Assembly (NCBI GenBank): GCA_964016885.1
Contig: OZ024743.1
Span: 350,920,001 to 350,984,000 of the forward strand
DNA length: 64,000 nucleotides
Direction: 5' to 3'
DNA from: Eledone cirrhosa
Lineage: Eukaryota
Positions within the stretch are counted from its first letter, which is position 1, and every line of letters starts with the position of its first letter. The notes under the pieces were generated by a model, which saw nothing but the letters and a program-made list of their open reading frames with translations, made no database searches and was not told where the DNA came from. Of the stretch, positions 52,188-64,000 are shown piece after piece. The translations under genes were made by a program, and so were the position numbers.

Positions 52188-55147
52188 TCCTTGAATCTCA
52201 GTCATTGATGTTGGTTAACTGGAAAGTCCGTTGGATTGAATATCAAGCCACTACCTGCAGCCTCAGATATTCAGGACGTATCGGAGGGTTCTTGCTGTTC
52301 CAAGCAAGCATGCCTTTTGAAGCGTTCCAAAAAGCGTGAAGGGGCCGATTTTCTTTAACCATCCCTGGAAACTTTTGGAGATAGTCCCCAGTGCGCCTAT
52401 GACAATCGGGATCACTTTGACTTCATGGCAGTTCCAAATCCTTTTCACCTCCCACTTTAGGTCCTGGTATCGGTTAATTTTCTCCCTCTCCTTCTCTTGC
52501 ACTCTCGTGTCGAACGGACAGGCCACATCCACAATCAGGCACGATCTTTTTTCTTTGTCCACAACCACCAGGTCAGGTCTATTGTGTTCCAGTTTTTTGT
52601 CCGTCTGTATCCTAAAATACCACAGCACCTTCACCTGATTGTTCTCCATCACCGCCTCTGGCCTATGCTCATACCATTTCTCAGAATGTGGTAAATTGTT
52701 TACTTTGCACAGGTGCCAGTGGATCACCCTGCCCATCACATCGTGTCTCCAGCCCTTATAGTGGGTCTGGGCTAAGTGTTTACACTCGGAAACAATGTGA
52801 GCCACAGTCTCCTCTCTCTCTCCACAGATCCTGCACAGTGGGCTAGCCTCCTCCTTGTAGATATGGTGCTTCAACCACTTCGTTTTGAGGGCCTGCTCCT
52901 GCGCAGCCATTAGCATTCCTTCTGTAGCCTTTTTGAGGTCTCCTCTTCTCAACCAGTTCCATGTCTGTGGATCTCTAAATTCAGTTTTCTCAAAGAAGGT
53001 ACTATGAAGGGATTTTCCCTTAAGGCTGCTCTTCCTCCTTGATGTTATTTCCTCCTTGGACATCCCCTGGCCTACTGTCCCCTCCTTCAGTACAGTTCTG
53101 AGCATTGGCTCCTTACTATAGGTCACGTATTTGTATAGGTTGTTTTTCTCCATCTGAACACAGTCCTCTATGCTGATAAGACCTCTTCCACCCTCAGATC
53201 TCCTTAGGTAGAGTCTATCGACATCACTCCTCTTGTGGAACATGTTGTAGATAGTCAATAGCTTCCTAGTCTTCCTATCCATTTCTTTTTGTTCAGCAAC
53301 ATTCCATCTCAGAATTCCCGCACTGTACCTAATAATAGACACAGCTCGGGAATTTACTGCGCTTATGGCATTTCTGCTGTTCAGATGTGACTTCAATACG
53401 CTCCTTACTCTCCGAATGTATTCAGTTCTTAACAATTCCTTCATTTTTTTGTTCTTTATGCCATCAGCCTCCAGAACGCCCAAATACTTGTATCCTTCCT
53501 CAGAGTCAATTTCCTTTATCATCTCACCTGTTGGTATCTGGATCCCGTTACTTCTGCTCAACCTACCCCTCTTCATCACAATGACTCCACATTTACCAAT
53601 ACCAAACTGCATACATATATCACTGCTGAAAATACGGACAGTGTCAACAAGCACATCCAACTCCTTCTCACTTTTCCCGAAGAGCTTAAGATCGTCCATG
53701 AAGAGGAGGTGATTGATGGTAAGCTCTCCCCTTCCCAACTTGTATCCTGCTCTCACTTTTCGCAGCATAATGGTCAAGGGCATCAGGGCAAGGACAAACA
53801 ACAGAGGGGACAGGCTATCTCCCTGGAAGATACCTCTCTTGATCTTCACGCTTCCCAAGGATACTCCAGTTGATGTCAACTCTGTCTCCCAGGACCCCAT
53901 ACTCCTGCCTAGCAACTGTCTGATGTTATCTGCCACCCTGAAGATCTCCAGGCTTTTGGTGATCCAGGAATGAGGCACCATGTCAAATGCCTTTCTGTAG
54001 TCTATCCATCCCATGGCAAGATCAGTGTGTCTCCTCCTGCAATTCCCCATTACCATCTTATCAATAAGTAACTGGTCCTTTGTACCACGTGACTTCTTTC
54101 GGCATCCTTTCTGTTCGTCCGGTAACAAGTTTTTTGTGTGGAGGTGATGGTAGATTTCCTCAGACACAATGCTCGTCAACAGTTTCCACATTACGGACAG
54201 ACATGTGATAGGTCTATAGTTGGTAACATCATTACCCTTGATTCGGTCTTTCATTATCAGAACTGTGGTACCTTTTGTCAACCACTCTGGCACCTCACCC
54301 GACACCAAGCAGTCATTGAACATGGCCGTCAGCTTCGGGTGGAGGGATGTTAAATGTTTAATCCAATACCCCTGCACACCATCTAGGCCTGGTGATTTCC
54401 AGTTGGTTAGTTTTTTGGCTTGCCCCTTAAGAGTTTCAACTGTGATACTCAAATCAGTTTGTTGTTGTGCCTGCTCACCGATCTCCCTCTGTACTGTCTC
54501 AATCCACCCTGCCTGGGCATTGTGTCTAACATCCTGCTCCCATATTCCTCTCCAGAGTGTTTTAGTTTGTTCCGCCCCAGGGATCAAGTCGTTGCCTCTT
54601 TCTTTCCCCTCAAGCTGTCCAAACAGCATCTTCTGGTTGTTGTCGAACATGCGGTTCTGTTTATACTGACTGACTCTGTTCTCGTATCGCCTGATTTTTG
54701 CACTCTTTGCTACAATGCGTTGCTTCAATTCCTCTATGATAATATTTAGCTTTTTACTCTTAGTTTTGTATTTTATTTCCAGTCTATTTTTAGTGCCTAT
54801 GTTTTTTAGTGTCCCATTCAGTAGTGACTCAAGCTTTCCTATGTCATTTCTCATTTCCCCGATTTGCCCACTCAGTCGCTTCTTCCACCACGGCTCTGCT
54901 CTTTCTTGTCTGTTGTTTCCTCTCGCTTTTATACCAAGTAGTTTCCTCACCGTATTTGCTGTTGCTTTGAGGATATTGTTGCACTGGTGAAGGCTCCTCG
55001 CCTCAAGGTATGGGATGACTTTGTTTACCTTAGCTGTTGTTTCTTTTAACTTTTTCCTGTCTACAAATCTTAGGTTCATAGGTCTCCCACTATCATTGTT
55101 CAATTCATCTACCACTAAATTTAGGATGTCAACCGAATCTTGTTGAA
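52188..55147 (-). mobile_element. R4/Dong-clade non-LTR retrotransposon, probably 5'-truncated, inserted in (TAA)n
   Basis: Flanked by (TTA)n at about 52145-52187 and 55148-55192; single RT+CCHC+RLE ORF. Confidence 0.93.
52263..55115 (-). CDS. Reverse transcriptase, CCHC knuckle and restriction-like endonuclease (950 aa, uninterrupted)
   Basis: WKSPGLDG, NYRPITCL, EQKGCR, WIDYRKAFDMVPH, GIFQGDSLSPLLF, HLLFMDDLKL, YKYLG, CRICGEREETVAHIVSEC, RHD, RPDLVVVD..DVACP..EK..RY. Confidence 0.93.
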   Translation of the reverse strand: MVDELNNDSGRPMNLRFVDRKKLKETTAKVNKVIPYLEARSLHQCNNILKATANTVRKLLGIKARGNNRQERAEPWWKKRLSGQIGEMRNDIGKLESLLNGTLKNIGTKNRLEIKYKTKSKKLNIIIEELKQRIVAKSAKIRRYENRVSQYKQNRMFDNNQKMLFGQLEGKERGNDLIPGAEQTKTLWRGIWEQDVRHNAQAGWIETVQREIGEQAQQQTDLSITVETLKGQAKKLTNWKSPGLDGVQGYWIKHLTSLHPKLTAMFNDCLVSGEVPEWLTKGTTVLIMKDRIKGNDVTNYRPITCLSVMWKLLTSIVSEEIYHHLHTKNLLPDEQKGCRKKSRGTKDQLLIDKMVMGNCRRRHTDLAMGWIDYRKAFDMVPHSWITKSLEIFRVADNIRQLLGRSMGSWETELTSTGVSLGSVKIKRGIFQGDSLSPLLFVLALMPLTIMLRKVRAGYKLGRGELTINHLLFMDDLKLFGKSEKELDVLVDTVRIFSSDICMQFGIGKCGVIVMKRGRLSRSNGIQIPTGEMIKEIDSEEGYKYLGVLEADGIKNKKMKELLRTEYIRRVRSVLKSHLNSRNAISAVNSRAVSIIRYSAGILRWNVAEQKEMDRKTRKLLTIYNMFHKRSDVDRLYLRRSEGGRGLISIEDCVQMEKNNLYKYVTYSKEPMLRTVLKEGTVGQGMSKEEITSRRKSSLKGKSLHSTFFEKTEFRDPQTWNWLRRGDLKKATEGMLMAAQEQALKTKWLKHHIYKEEASPLCRICGEREETVAHIVSECKHLAQTHYKGWRHDVMGRVIHWHLCKVNNLPHSEKWYEHRPEAVMENNQVKVLWYFRIQTDKKLEHNRPDLVVVDKEKRSCLIVDVACPFDTRVQEKEREKINRYQDLKWEVKRIWNCHEVKVIPIVIGALGTISKSFQGWLKKIGPFTLFGTLQKACLLGTARTLRYVLNI

Positions 55148-55190
55148 TTATTATTATTATTATTATTATGATTATTATTATTATTATTAT

Positions 55191-55503
55191 TATACTTTGG
55201 GTGGTTCATGCTGCCAATAAAGACACAGGCACCTGTTGGTTTTCACTTCAATTTATTATAAATTTTCGGTTGGTTGGTTGGTTGGTTGGTTGGTTGGTTG
55301 GTTGGTTGGTTCAATTATCGGATGGTCAAAGCTCTTTCCTCACACACTCTGAGGAGGTCACAGAATGTGTGATGAAAGAGCTTTGACAATATATAAACTA
55401 CCATCCGGTTATCGAACCAACCAACCGGAAATTTATAATAAATCGAATTGAAAACCAAAAAGTTCCTGTGTCTTTATTGGCAGCATGACTTTCCCAAAGT
55501 ATA
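55191..55503. repeat. Diverged inverted repeat with about 150-bp arms, centred on an HHR-like core
   Basis: TATACTTTGGG..GCTGCCAATAAAGACACAGG versus CCTGTGTCTTTATTGGCAGC..CCCAAAGTATA; centre CTGAGGA(55349)-GGTCACAGAATGTGTGAT-GAAA(55374). Confidence 0.8.
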
Positions 55504-56407
55504 ACAATATGTGTTTGAAAACACATTTTCAGATAATAAATCTTGCAAAACAAAATCAACGTTTATTTTGTTCTTTGCATTTTTATTTTTGTTTTGCTTT
55601 TATTTCCAATGTTAGTCATTTCCCGTTGTCTATTCTTTACAAATGAGAGAATAAATTTCAAACCATTATTTTTGTTCTTGTTAAATATTTAACAATGATT
55701 AAAAGAAATGATATTTTTCTATATATATTTTTAATTAATTGCTTTTAATTAATTAATGTATAATAACGATGTTTGTCTGATATTCATTTGAGTTCAACGA
55801 CTCATAGGATATGTCTGAGAATGTTGGTCCTAATGTTGGCTCACTAGCTGTCCATTCTCTTCTCTCTACATAGACACTACTTCACCAGAACAAGGTGTAT
55901 CATTAATTGGACACGTAAACTCTTACATGTGAACTTTAATTATTGTTGAATTGAGATACAATTTTGAAGTAAAAAGTTCTGATGAACAAACCACACGGTG
56001 TCTAAATTATTGAGATTTCTGTGGGAAAATGTGTGAGTATATAGTTTGATAATAGAGTATTATTTGAAAGTTGATTTAGAATATTGTCCATTTTGGGTGC
56101 AAAGAACCGAAACAAATAATTTAACGTATTTTGTCAAAGTAAATTCACCGATTTCACTTAATCCTTTCATTCTCTCTTCTCAACTTTGACACTATAAATT
56201 GTATGTTCTGTTTCATGTTTTGTCAAGGCTGGACAAAATGTCAATGAGCAAAGATACTTGAATTTAGAAGAATAGAGAAGAGAGTCTTACTAACATAGAC
56301 ATATATATTTTTCTATATATATGTACATGTATAGATAGATATAGATAGATAGATAGGGAGATAAATAGATAGATAAATATGTATATTTATGTATATATAT
56401 ATATCAT

Positions 56408-56450
<43 letters not shown>

Positions 56451-56619
56451 CCAGGTTTAGTCAAATTTGTTTCAAACTTTCACTGATAATATTTGGCAAC
56501 TTATATCTCCATGCTATATCAATAATTTTATACAACCTATTTTTCGATCGTTGCTGCTGCATAGGTTATTCTTCATTTTCATTTATAACTTAGGAGCATT
56601 AATTGATTGGTCTTTATTT

Positions 56620-57300
56620 TACAGCTTTGATAATGAGTGGTGAAAAATTGCAGCTAGAGCCATTTTACGCTTCATGTGGAAAAAAAGGACTGAATGTAAG
56701 GACAGCGGCAAAAAAAATAAATAATGTGGGAGGCCAAAAAAACTGTTAACGAGCATGTGGCACAAAACTGGTTCAGACGTTTCAAGGAAGAGGACACCAT
56801 CCTCAAATGCAAACCAAGGTTGGGGAGGCTTTATGTTGTGGAAGATGAGGCCTTGCTTGAAATGGTTGAACAGCAACCAAGCACAAGCACTAATACACTG
56901 TCGACAGATCTTGTTCCTTTACAAAGCAACATCAATCGACACTTCCATAAGGTCAGCATTGTAAACAAACGCTGTCAAGAAATTCTTCATAAACTGACCA
57001 ATGACCAGGCTCAATGATTTGTGAACGTTTGCAAATAAACTGCTAGCAAATCCTCGAGATGCTCATTTCAGACGTCGAATTGTAGCTTGGGATGAAAATT
57101 GAATCTATTTTCGTAATTCTAATAACAGAAATAAGTGGCTTCGTTCCGGCTAGGTTTTATGATACACTATTTAGAAAGAAAAGCATAAAACATTCTTAGG
57201 AATGGAATGAAGTGGTTGAGAATGCGCTAATCAGGCTAGTGAGGCCACCGAGAGGATTATTGTAAAAAAAACTATCATTCTTTTCATGACACCCTGTAAA
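56620..57300 (+). pseudogene. Decayed mariner-family transposase
   Basis: NEHVAQNWFRRFKEED..L..KPRLGR..VEDEALLEMVEQQP (HTH region); downstream RRIVAWDENxIYF resembles the first D of DD34D; TIRs not identified. Confidence 0.8.
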
Positions 57301-57915
57301 AGGAGGGCTTTATGAAAAGTGAATTTTTGTTTAATTTACAAAGTGTGAAATATTGTATTAATGTTACTAAAGATTATGTTTTTTTTCTATTACCGCAAAC
57401 AGGTTTGTTGATTATTGAACAGCATCTTTTTAATAGATCTTTTACACTTTTGAGTCTGGAAGAGTTGCACTTTTGCACACAAAATTATTCCAGACATTTG
57501 CTTAACGAAAGGGGTAGCTGAATTTATTAAATTTTGTTATGACATAACTATTACATTTGAATGTTGCTCTAGAATACTTCGTCGGATATTTATGAATATT
57601 CTTTATAGATTTTTTTGAATATATTTTGGTGTAGAGTTGTGATAAACTTTGAACATTAGTCTCAAGTGAGCAGCCAAATCTATTTCATAAATGTTTAGTA
57701 TTTTATTATCAAGCAATATTTATGCCGATGACTACGACATAACTTACCCATTCATACACAAATACGCAAAACTTCATGAATAGATCATCCTGTTCATGTA
57801 AAGCCTTTGTATTACCTATTAGCCTCTTCCACACGAAGAAAAATATATTATGTTATTTGTAAAGGAACAAAACTTATAAACCAATATAAAACAAAATGCT
57901 TCAGCTTATATTAAT

Positions 57916-58103
57916 AATTGTTTCTACTTTAGGCACAAGGCCAGCAATTACCCAGTGCATTACTGGTACTTTATTTTATCGACCCCGTAAGGATGAAAGG
58001 CAAAGTCAACCTCGGCGGGATTTGAACTCAGATCGTAAAGGGACGTAACTATGCTGGAAAGCATGGCGTCCAACCCTCTACCGATACTGCCAATCCACCA
58101 CCC
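57916..58103 (-). mobile_element. SINE family 1 with TATTAATAAT target-site duplication
   Basis: Full-length reverse-complement match; TATTAATAAT at 57909-57918 and 58104-58113. Confidence 0.9.
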
Positions 58104-58259
58104 TATTAATAATAATACCTCAATTTTGTCAAATCTCTCCATGTTGTCTACGTTGTGACTATTGCCTTTTCTATCCTTAATCCAATACAAAGCTGTATAC
58201 TGTTGTACACACCATTCTCTACCTGCCACATTTGATACGAAGCCAAATATCCCTGTTGT

Positions 58260-58272
58260 ATATACATACATG

Positions 58273-58348
<76 letters not shown>

Positions 58349-58386
58349 ATTATATATATTATATATATATTATATATATTATATAT

Positions 58387-58435
<49 letters not shown>

Positions 58436-58473
58436 ATTATATATATTATATATATATTATATATATTATATAT

Positions 58474-58544
<71 letters not shown>

Positions 58545-58587
58545 ATTATATATATTATATATATATTATATATATTATATATATATA

Positions 58588-58632
<45 letters not shown>

Positions 58633-58640
58633 ATATATAT

Positions 58641-58672
<32 letters not shown>

Positions 58673-58710
58673 ATTATATATGTATATATATATATTATAT
58701 ATATATATAT

Positions 58711-58741
<31 letters not shown>

Positions 58742-58938
58742 ATATATATATATATTATATATATAAATATTATAAATATATATATATATATATTATATAT
58801 ATATATATATATTATATATTATATATATATATATATATTATATATAATATATATATATAATATATATATATATATATAATATATAATATATATATATATA
58901 TATAATATATATATATATAATATATATATATATAATAT

Positions 58939-58972
<34 letters not shown>

Positions 58973-59079
58973 ATATATATAATATATATATATATAATAT
59001 ATATATATATATAATATATATATATATATAATATATATATATATATATAATATATATAATATATATATATATATATAAT

Positions 59080-59111
<32 letters not shown>

Positions 59112-59133
59112 ATATATAATATATATATATATA

Positions 59134-59192
<59 letters not shown>

Positions 59193-59361
59193 TATATAAT
59201 ATATATATATAATATATATATATAATATATATATATATATATAATATATATTATATATATATTATATAATATATATTATATATATATTATATATATATAT
59301 ATATATATAATATATATTATATATATATTATATAATATATATTATATATATATTATATATA

Positions 59362-59404
<43 letters not shown>

Positions 59405-59424
59405 TATATATTATATTATATATA

Positions 59425-59473
<49 letters not shown>

Positions 59474-59483
59474 TATATATATA

Positions 59484-59530
<47 letters not shown>

Positions 59531-59575
59531 TATATATATATATATATTATATATATATATTATATATATATATAT

Positions 59576-59607
<32 letters not shown>

Positions 59608-59618
59608 ATATATATATA
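58260..59618. repeat. About 1.36-kb degenerate (TA)n array
   Basis: Read directly; accounts for the YI-rich ORFs. Confidence 0.95.
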
Positions 59619-59644
59619 ATGTATAAAAATCAATACAATATAAT

Positions 59645-59718
59645 TACCTCATTACCAGAGGTTTCCCGAATGAGGCGAATACGAAATAAACGACTTCATT
59701 CGTTCGTCAGACGAGGCA
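59645..59718 (-). ncRNA. Type I HHR motif (inverted copy of 60673-60746)
   Basis: Reverse complement of the + copy. Confidence 0.82.
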
Positions 59719-60672
59719 ATATAAAACATGGGCAAATACTTAGAAAAACACATCAAGAAAATCAAAAAAAGATATAGATAAATGAAATAGAAATTGAAAT
59801 ATATAAAAATCTATCAAGAAATATAGTTAGGTGTGTGTATATGTATGTATATACGCTCACAGATGTGCATATATGTATATGTGTACATGTACATGTATAG
59901 TGAGAAAGTGTGCGTAATTCTAAAATAGGGCAAATGTATCTATATGTCTGTATTATACAAACAGAAATGGTTACATCGTAAATATACGAATATGAAGGCG
60001 TGCGCATAAAACGCCTGGACACTCGTACGCTTAGGTGCGGAAAGAAAGGAGGTAAGGGAGTGTAATAATTAAAAGAAAAGGGTCAGTCTCGATATATTTA
60101 TAAAAATATAATAACGATAAATTAGAAAGAAAAAATTAAAGAAAACAAAAAAAGTGTAAGTGCGCGTGTTTATATAAGCATAATTATTTTTACATTTCTT
60201 TTGTGAGACAAGCGTGTCTGTGTATGTATATACCCCCCTTTTTTTGTTTTCTTTAATTTTTTCTTTCTAATTTATCGTTATTATATTTTTATAAATATAT
60301 CGAGACTGACCCTTTTCTTTTAATTATTACACTCCCTTACCTCCTTTCTTTCCGCACCTAAGCGTACGAGTGTCCAGGCGTTTTATGCGCGCGCCTTCAT
60401 ATTCGTATATTTACGATGTAACCATTTCTGTTTGTATAATACAGACATATAGATACATTTGCCCTATTTTAGAATTACGCACACTTTCTCACTATACATG
60501 TACATGTACACATATACATATATGCACATCTGTGAGCGTATATACATACATATACACACACCTAACTATATTTCTTGATAGATTTTTATATATTTCAATT
60601 TCTATTTCATTTATCTATATCTTTTTTTGATTTTCTTGATGTGTTTTTCTAAGTATTTGCCCATGTTTTATA

Positions 60673-60746
60673 TGCCTCGTCTGACGAACGAATGAAGTCG
60701 TTTATTTCGTATTCGCCTCATTCGGGAAACCTCTGGTAATGAGGTA
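60673..60746 (+). ncRNA. Intact type I hammerhead ribozyme motif
   Basis: TGCCTCGT-CTGACGA-ACGAATGA...TCATTCGG-GAAAC-CTCTG-GTA^ATGAGGTA: 8-bp stem I with two G-U pairs; helix II CGAATGA/TCATTCG. Confidence 0.85.
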
Positions 60747-60871
60747 ATTATATTGTATTGATTTTTATACATTAAATTTTGCTCTGATACTTACATAGAG
60801 CACTCTTCATTTCTATGACCTTTTCTGTTTCCAACGGAAATTTCAATACTTATATATATATATATATATAT

Positions 60872-61437
60872 AAAACATGAGAAGAATGAATACTGCGTGG
60901 TTGCACATGGGTTACATATGATAAAAGTAGTCCTTCATCAGTGATTTTCCAACCTTCATTGATATTTCATCGCTTTAAAAATCCAGTTGGTGCGAGCAAT
61001 AGCTAAATAAAGCTATTGGGACAAGTAAATCGCGTAAAGCGAGCGAGAAAAGTAAACAAACACATAGGAAAAAACAAGCACATGGGAGTCCGATCAGCTT
61101 AAGCTGTGTGGATTTCATGAGCGAGAGACAACAGACCGACCGCGGCGAGTGAGGTGTGAAGAAAGAAAGGACCCCACTTCAGGCCAAACGGGAGGAAGTG
61201 AGAAGGGGAGAAGCAGAGAGTGAGTGAGTGGAAGTGCGAGGAAGAGGCCAGTCGACAGAAAGTGTAACTGACAGAGGGGGCGAAAGAAGGTGAGAGAAAC
61301 AGAGAGAGGGGGGAAGCAGTAAGAGAGAAACAGACAAACGCAGCTGGGGAAAATATACATAAAAAACATGAGAAGAATGAATACTGCGTGGTTGCACATG
61401 GGTTACATATAATAAAAATAGTTCTTCATCAGTGATT
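60872..61437 (-). mobile_element. Non-coding unit with 75-bp terminal direct repeats (60872-60946 and 61363-61437) between (TA)n runs, pLTR-like
   Basis: AAAACATGAGAAGAATGAATACTGCGTGG...TTCATCAGTGATT repeated at a 491-bp offset. Confidence 0.65.
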
Positions 61438-61537
61438 ATATATGTATATATATAGTATTACTATATATATATATAGTATTACTATATATATATATATATA
61501 ATATAAGATCAAAAGATGGTTAAAGGAGTTCAATATA

Positions 61538-61604
61538 TTTTATTATGCGCATTTCAAAAACAAACATCATCAAACAATAATATTTGTGTTTTCATCAGAT
61601 AAAA
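61538..61604 (-). ncRNA. Type I HHR motif (inverted copy of 61733-61799)
   Basis: Reverse complement of the + copy. Confidence 0.8.
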
Positions 61605-61732
61605 CAGGAGAACATGATATGAAGGCTAAAAAAACACTTGTTGATAGTGCAGTTTTAAATCAACATATTTAAATCAACATATAACTGCACTATCAACAAG
61701 TGTTTTTTTAGCCTTCATATCATGTTCTCCTG

Positions 61733-61799
61733 TTTTATCTGATGAAAACACAAATATTATTGTTTGATGATGTTTGTTTTTGAAATGCGCATAATAAAA
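61733..61799 (+). ncRNA. Intact minimal type I hammerhead ribozyme motif
   Basis: TTTTAT-CTGATGA-AAACACAAATATT...GATGTTTGTTTTT-GAAA-TGCGCA-TA^ATAAAA: 6-bp stem I; palindromic stem III ATGCGCAT. Confidence 0.83.
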
Positions 61800-62247
61800 T
61801 ATATTGAACTCCTTTAACCATCTTTTGATCTTATATTATGCATACTCCAGTCCCACAAACTGTAGAGTGCTTCTTATCCGATATCTGCATTGCTTTATTG
61901 TACTACAATAAAACTCACCTCCTACATATATATATATATATATAGTATTACTATATATATATATATATATGTATGTATATATATAGTATTAATATATAAC
62001 GGAACACAGAATCAGTGTTACATAATATACATATTTAGGAGCTTCCGATTCCAGAGTTAGGTTTGATCATTAATAGATCGTTTCTCGAACTGATCGACAG
62101 TGAAACATATGTAATATGTAATAAATATCTATATGATGCAACACTGATTCGTTGTTCCTTTATACATTAATACTATTTATACTCTGCTCCCCAAGATATC
62201 GAGTGTTCACCCGGCATACCACCCACGGACGCAATTAACTTGCACCT

Positions 62248-62349
<102 letters not shown>

Positions 62350-62365
62350 ACACACACACATATAT

Positions 62366-62406
<41 letters not shown>

Positions 62407-62496
62407 CGACGCGTACGCACTTAAACATGCACACGCACGCACTCACACTCACACACACACACGCACACATTCTCTCTCTCTCTCACCCTTCACACC

Positions 62497-62527
<31 letters not shown>

Positions 62528-64000
62528 AAACCTAATGTAACAGTGTAATTTTGTCTCCTGTGTGTTGTTTGTTTCATTTATTAACTATATATATATATAT
62601 CATATTATATTATAGGTTCTTATTATATTACATATTTTAAGTAGACTGGATATGTTTATTTAGTTACAGTTCGTTCACCAACTGCTAAATTTATATGTTC
62701 TAGATTACATTAAAACATGAATGATGATATATTTCTGACGAGCAGGTAGAACTCAGCCTTGTCTGAATTCATAGATAAGTAAGGCAATGATTTTTTAAAA
62801 TACATAGGTTCCCTGATATTTTATATAATTAGAGAAAGATCTACCCACCATTTATGGTGAGATTCCGGTGAAACTGCGCAGTCTGAAAAAATTACGTATC
62901 ACACTTTTTCTTTAAATATATAACTCCGTTCTAGCTGTTTGAACAACGGAACAAACAGCTTGTAAAATTAACTTGCAAGTGGCTGAGCATTCCACAGATA
63001 TGTGCACTCTTAACGTAGTTCTCAGGGAGATATTCAGCATAACCGAGTATGTGATAAGCCTGCCTGTTTGAATTACATGTACAACTCGTGTTTTCTAGCT
63101 AGGTGAACTGGAGACAGGTGAAATACAGTGCTTTGCACAATGACACACGATAATGTCAGGAGTGGATTTCATGACTTTAGAGATTGCAAGCTGAACAGCC
63201 TAACCACTCAGCCACGTACCTTTACTGTTATACTTAGAGTGAATAAATAGCACGCGACTGTCGTTTCGGACTATGCATGAGTAGCATGATTCATTAAAAA
63301 TCTGTAAAATTGCTGATGATTAGGAAGAGATGATAATCTTAGCAAGAACTGATTTATGCTATGCTGGGTGATCTTTGCACTTATCAAGCTTTTCTTGCCC
63401 GGGTCTCTCTGGGGTTGAGGAAAGGCAAAGACTGTACATGAAGAGATTCAGTAATATTATACTTAATGGCTCTCAGGTAAATTCACAGGTTGAATGAATG
63501 GCTATTAATCCCTAGTTGAGTTCAACCACACTTGCTTCTGTTCTTGTAGGAATACTCATCCACCTTCCACTCACTGAGGAGTAGCATAACACCGAAAGTT
63601 GCCGGAGGTGTAGCGTTGTTGAATAAAAGTCGGGATTGTAATAAGTGGAATGCTTTTGATAAAAGGCCTGATCGATCAAAGTCTATTGGTGTATGTGGAG
63701 CAAAACATAAAAAAAGAACATCAACAACAGAAATTAATAAAATATTTAAAATAATGACACTAGTGAGACTGTTTTCACAGAACCACTTTAACATATGAAC
63801 TTCATCAATGCATCATCGATTTTGTCGAAATCCACTTTGTATCAGAGAATCATTGAATTAGCTATTTTTGACAGCGTTCTATTTCAGAGAACTTAGTTAA
63901 CAAATGTTCCTCATGTTTTTATCAATGAAATGAAGTTCAAACAATTACAGCTTAGCTAATTGAAAAGTCCTCGGGGAGCGGTGTAATTAACGAACCATTT

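Larger units (their letters stand above)
59619..60852. mobile_element. Non-coding fold-back element in (TA)n: about 535-bp inverted arms (59619-60153 and 60238-60771), about 85-bp spacer, 80-bp unpaired tail, one HHR per arm
   Basis: Arms near-identical (ORFs 59762..60022 - and 60370..60630 + differ by one residue). Confidence 0.9.
61501..61925. mobile_element. Fold-back element in (TA)n: about 153-bp inverted arms (61501-61653 and 61683-61836), about 90-bp tail, one HHR per arm
   Basis: Arms are reverse complements; spacer contains duplicated TTTAAATCAACATAT. Confidence 0.9.

Noticed and set aside
52336-54990. + strand ORFs overlapping the 950-aa ORF
   Set aside because: Antisense shadows of the retrotransposon coding sequence.
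63565-63620. CTGAGGA...CCGAAAG HHR-like spacing and ORFs 63522..63794 and 63616..63798
   Set aside because: Helix II and stem III/UH do not pair, and the ORFs have no recognisable homology.

Overview
Eukaryotic, AT-rich, microsatellite-dense intergenic or intronic DNA, most likely from an octopod cephalopod (inferred from the tRNA-head SINE family and the repeat landscape). No host protein-coding gene can be supported, and most ORFs in the track are microsatellite translations. The window is almost entirely mobile DNA: two decayed Penelope-like elements (one Hydra-like, one near-full-length Neptune-like with tandem pseudo-LTRs), an R4/Dong-type LINE with an uninterrupted 950-aa RT+RLE ORF in (TAA)n plus two relics, Tx1/L1-type relics, CRE and RTE fragments, two non-autonomous Helitrons, a mariner relic, many SINE copies and a 24/26-bp minisatellite. 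The main finding, from manual reading, is a dense and diverse set of minimal type-I hammerhead ribozyme (HHR) motifs: about 11 full or decayed motifs from several unrelated sequence families, including U3-A8 core variants. They sit in short non-coding elements inserted into (TA)n. Two elements are long fold-backs with an HHR on each strand. Four short palindromes have their axis in or beside HHR helix II, which suggests snap-back priming at the ribozyme during reverse transcription. All structures were paired by eye and need computational and biochemical confirmation.
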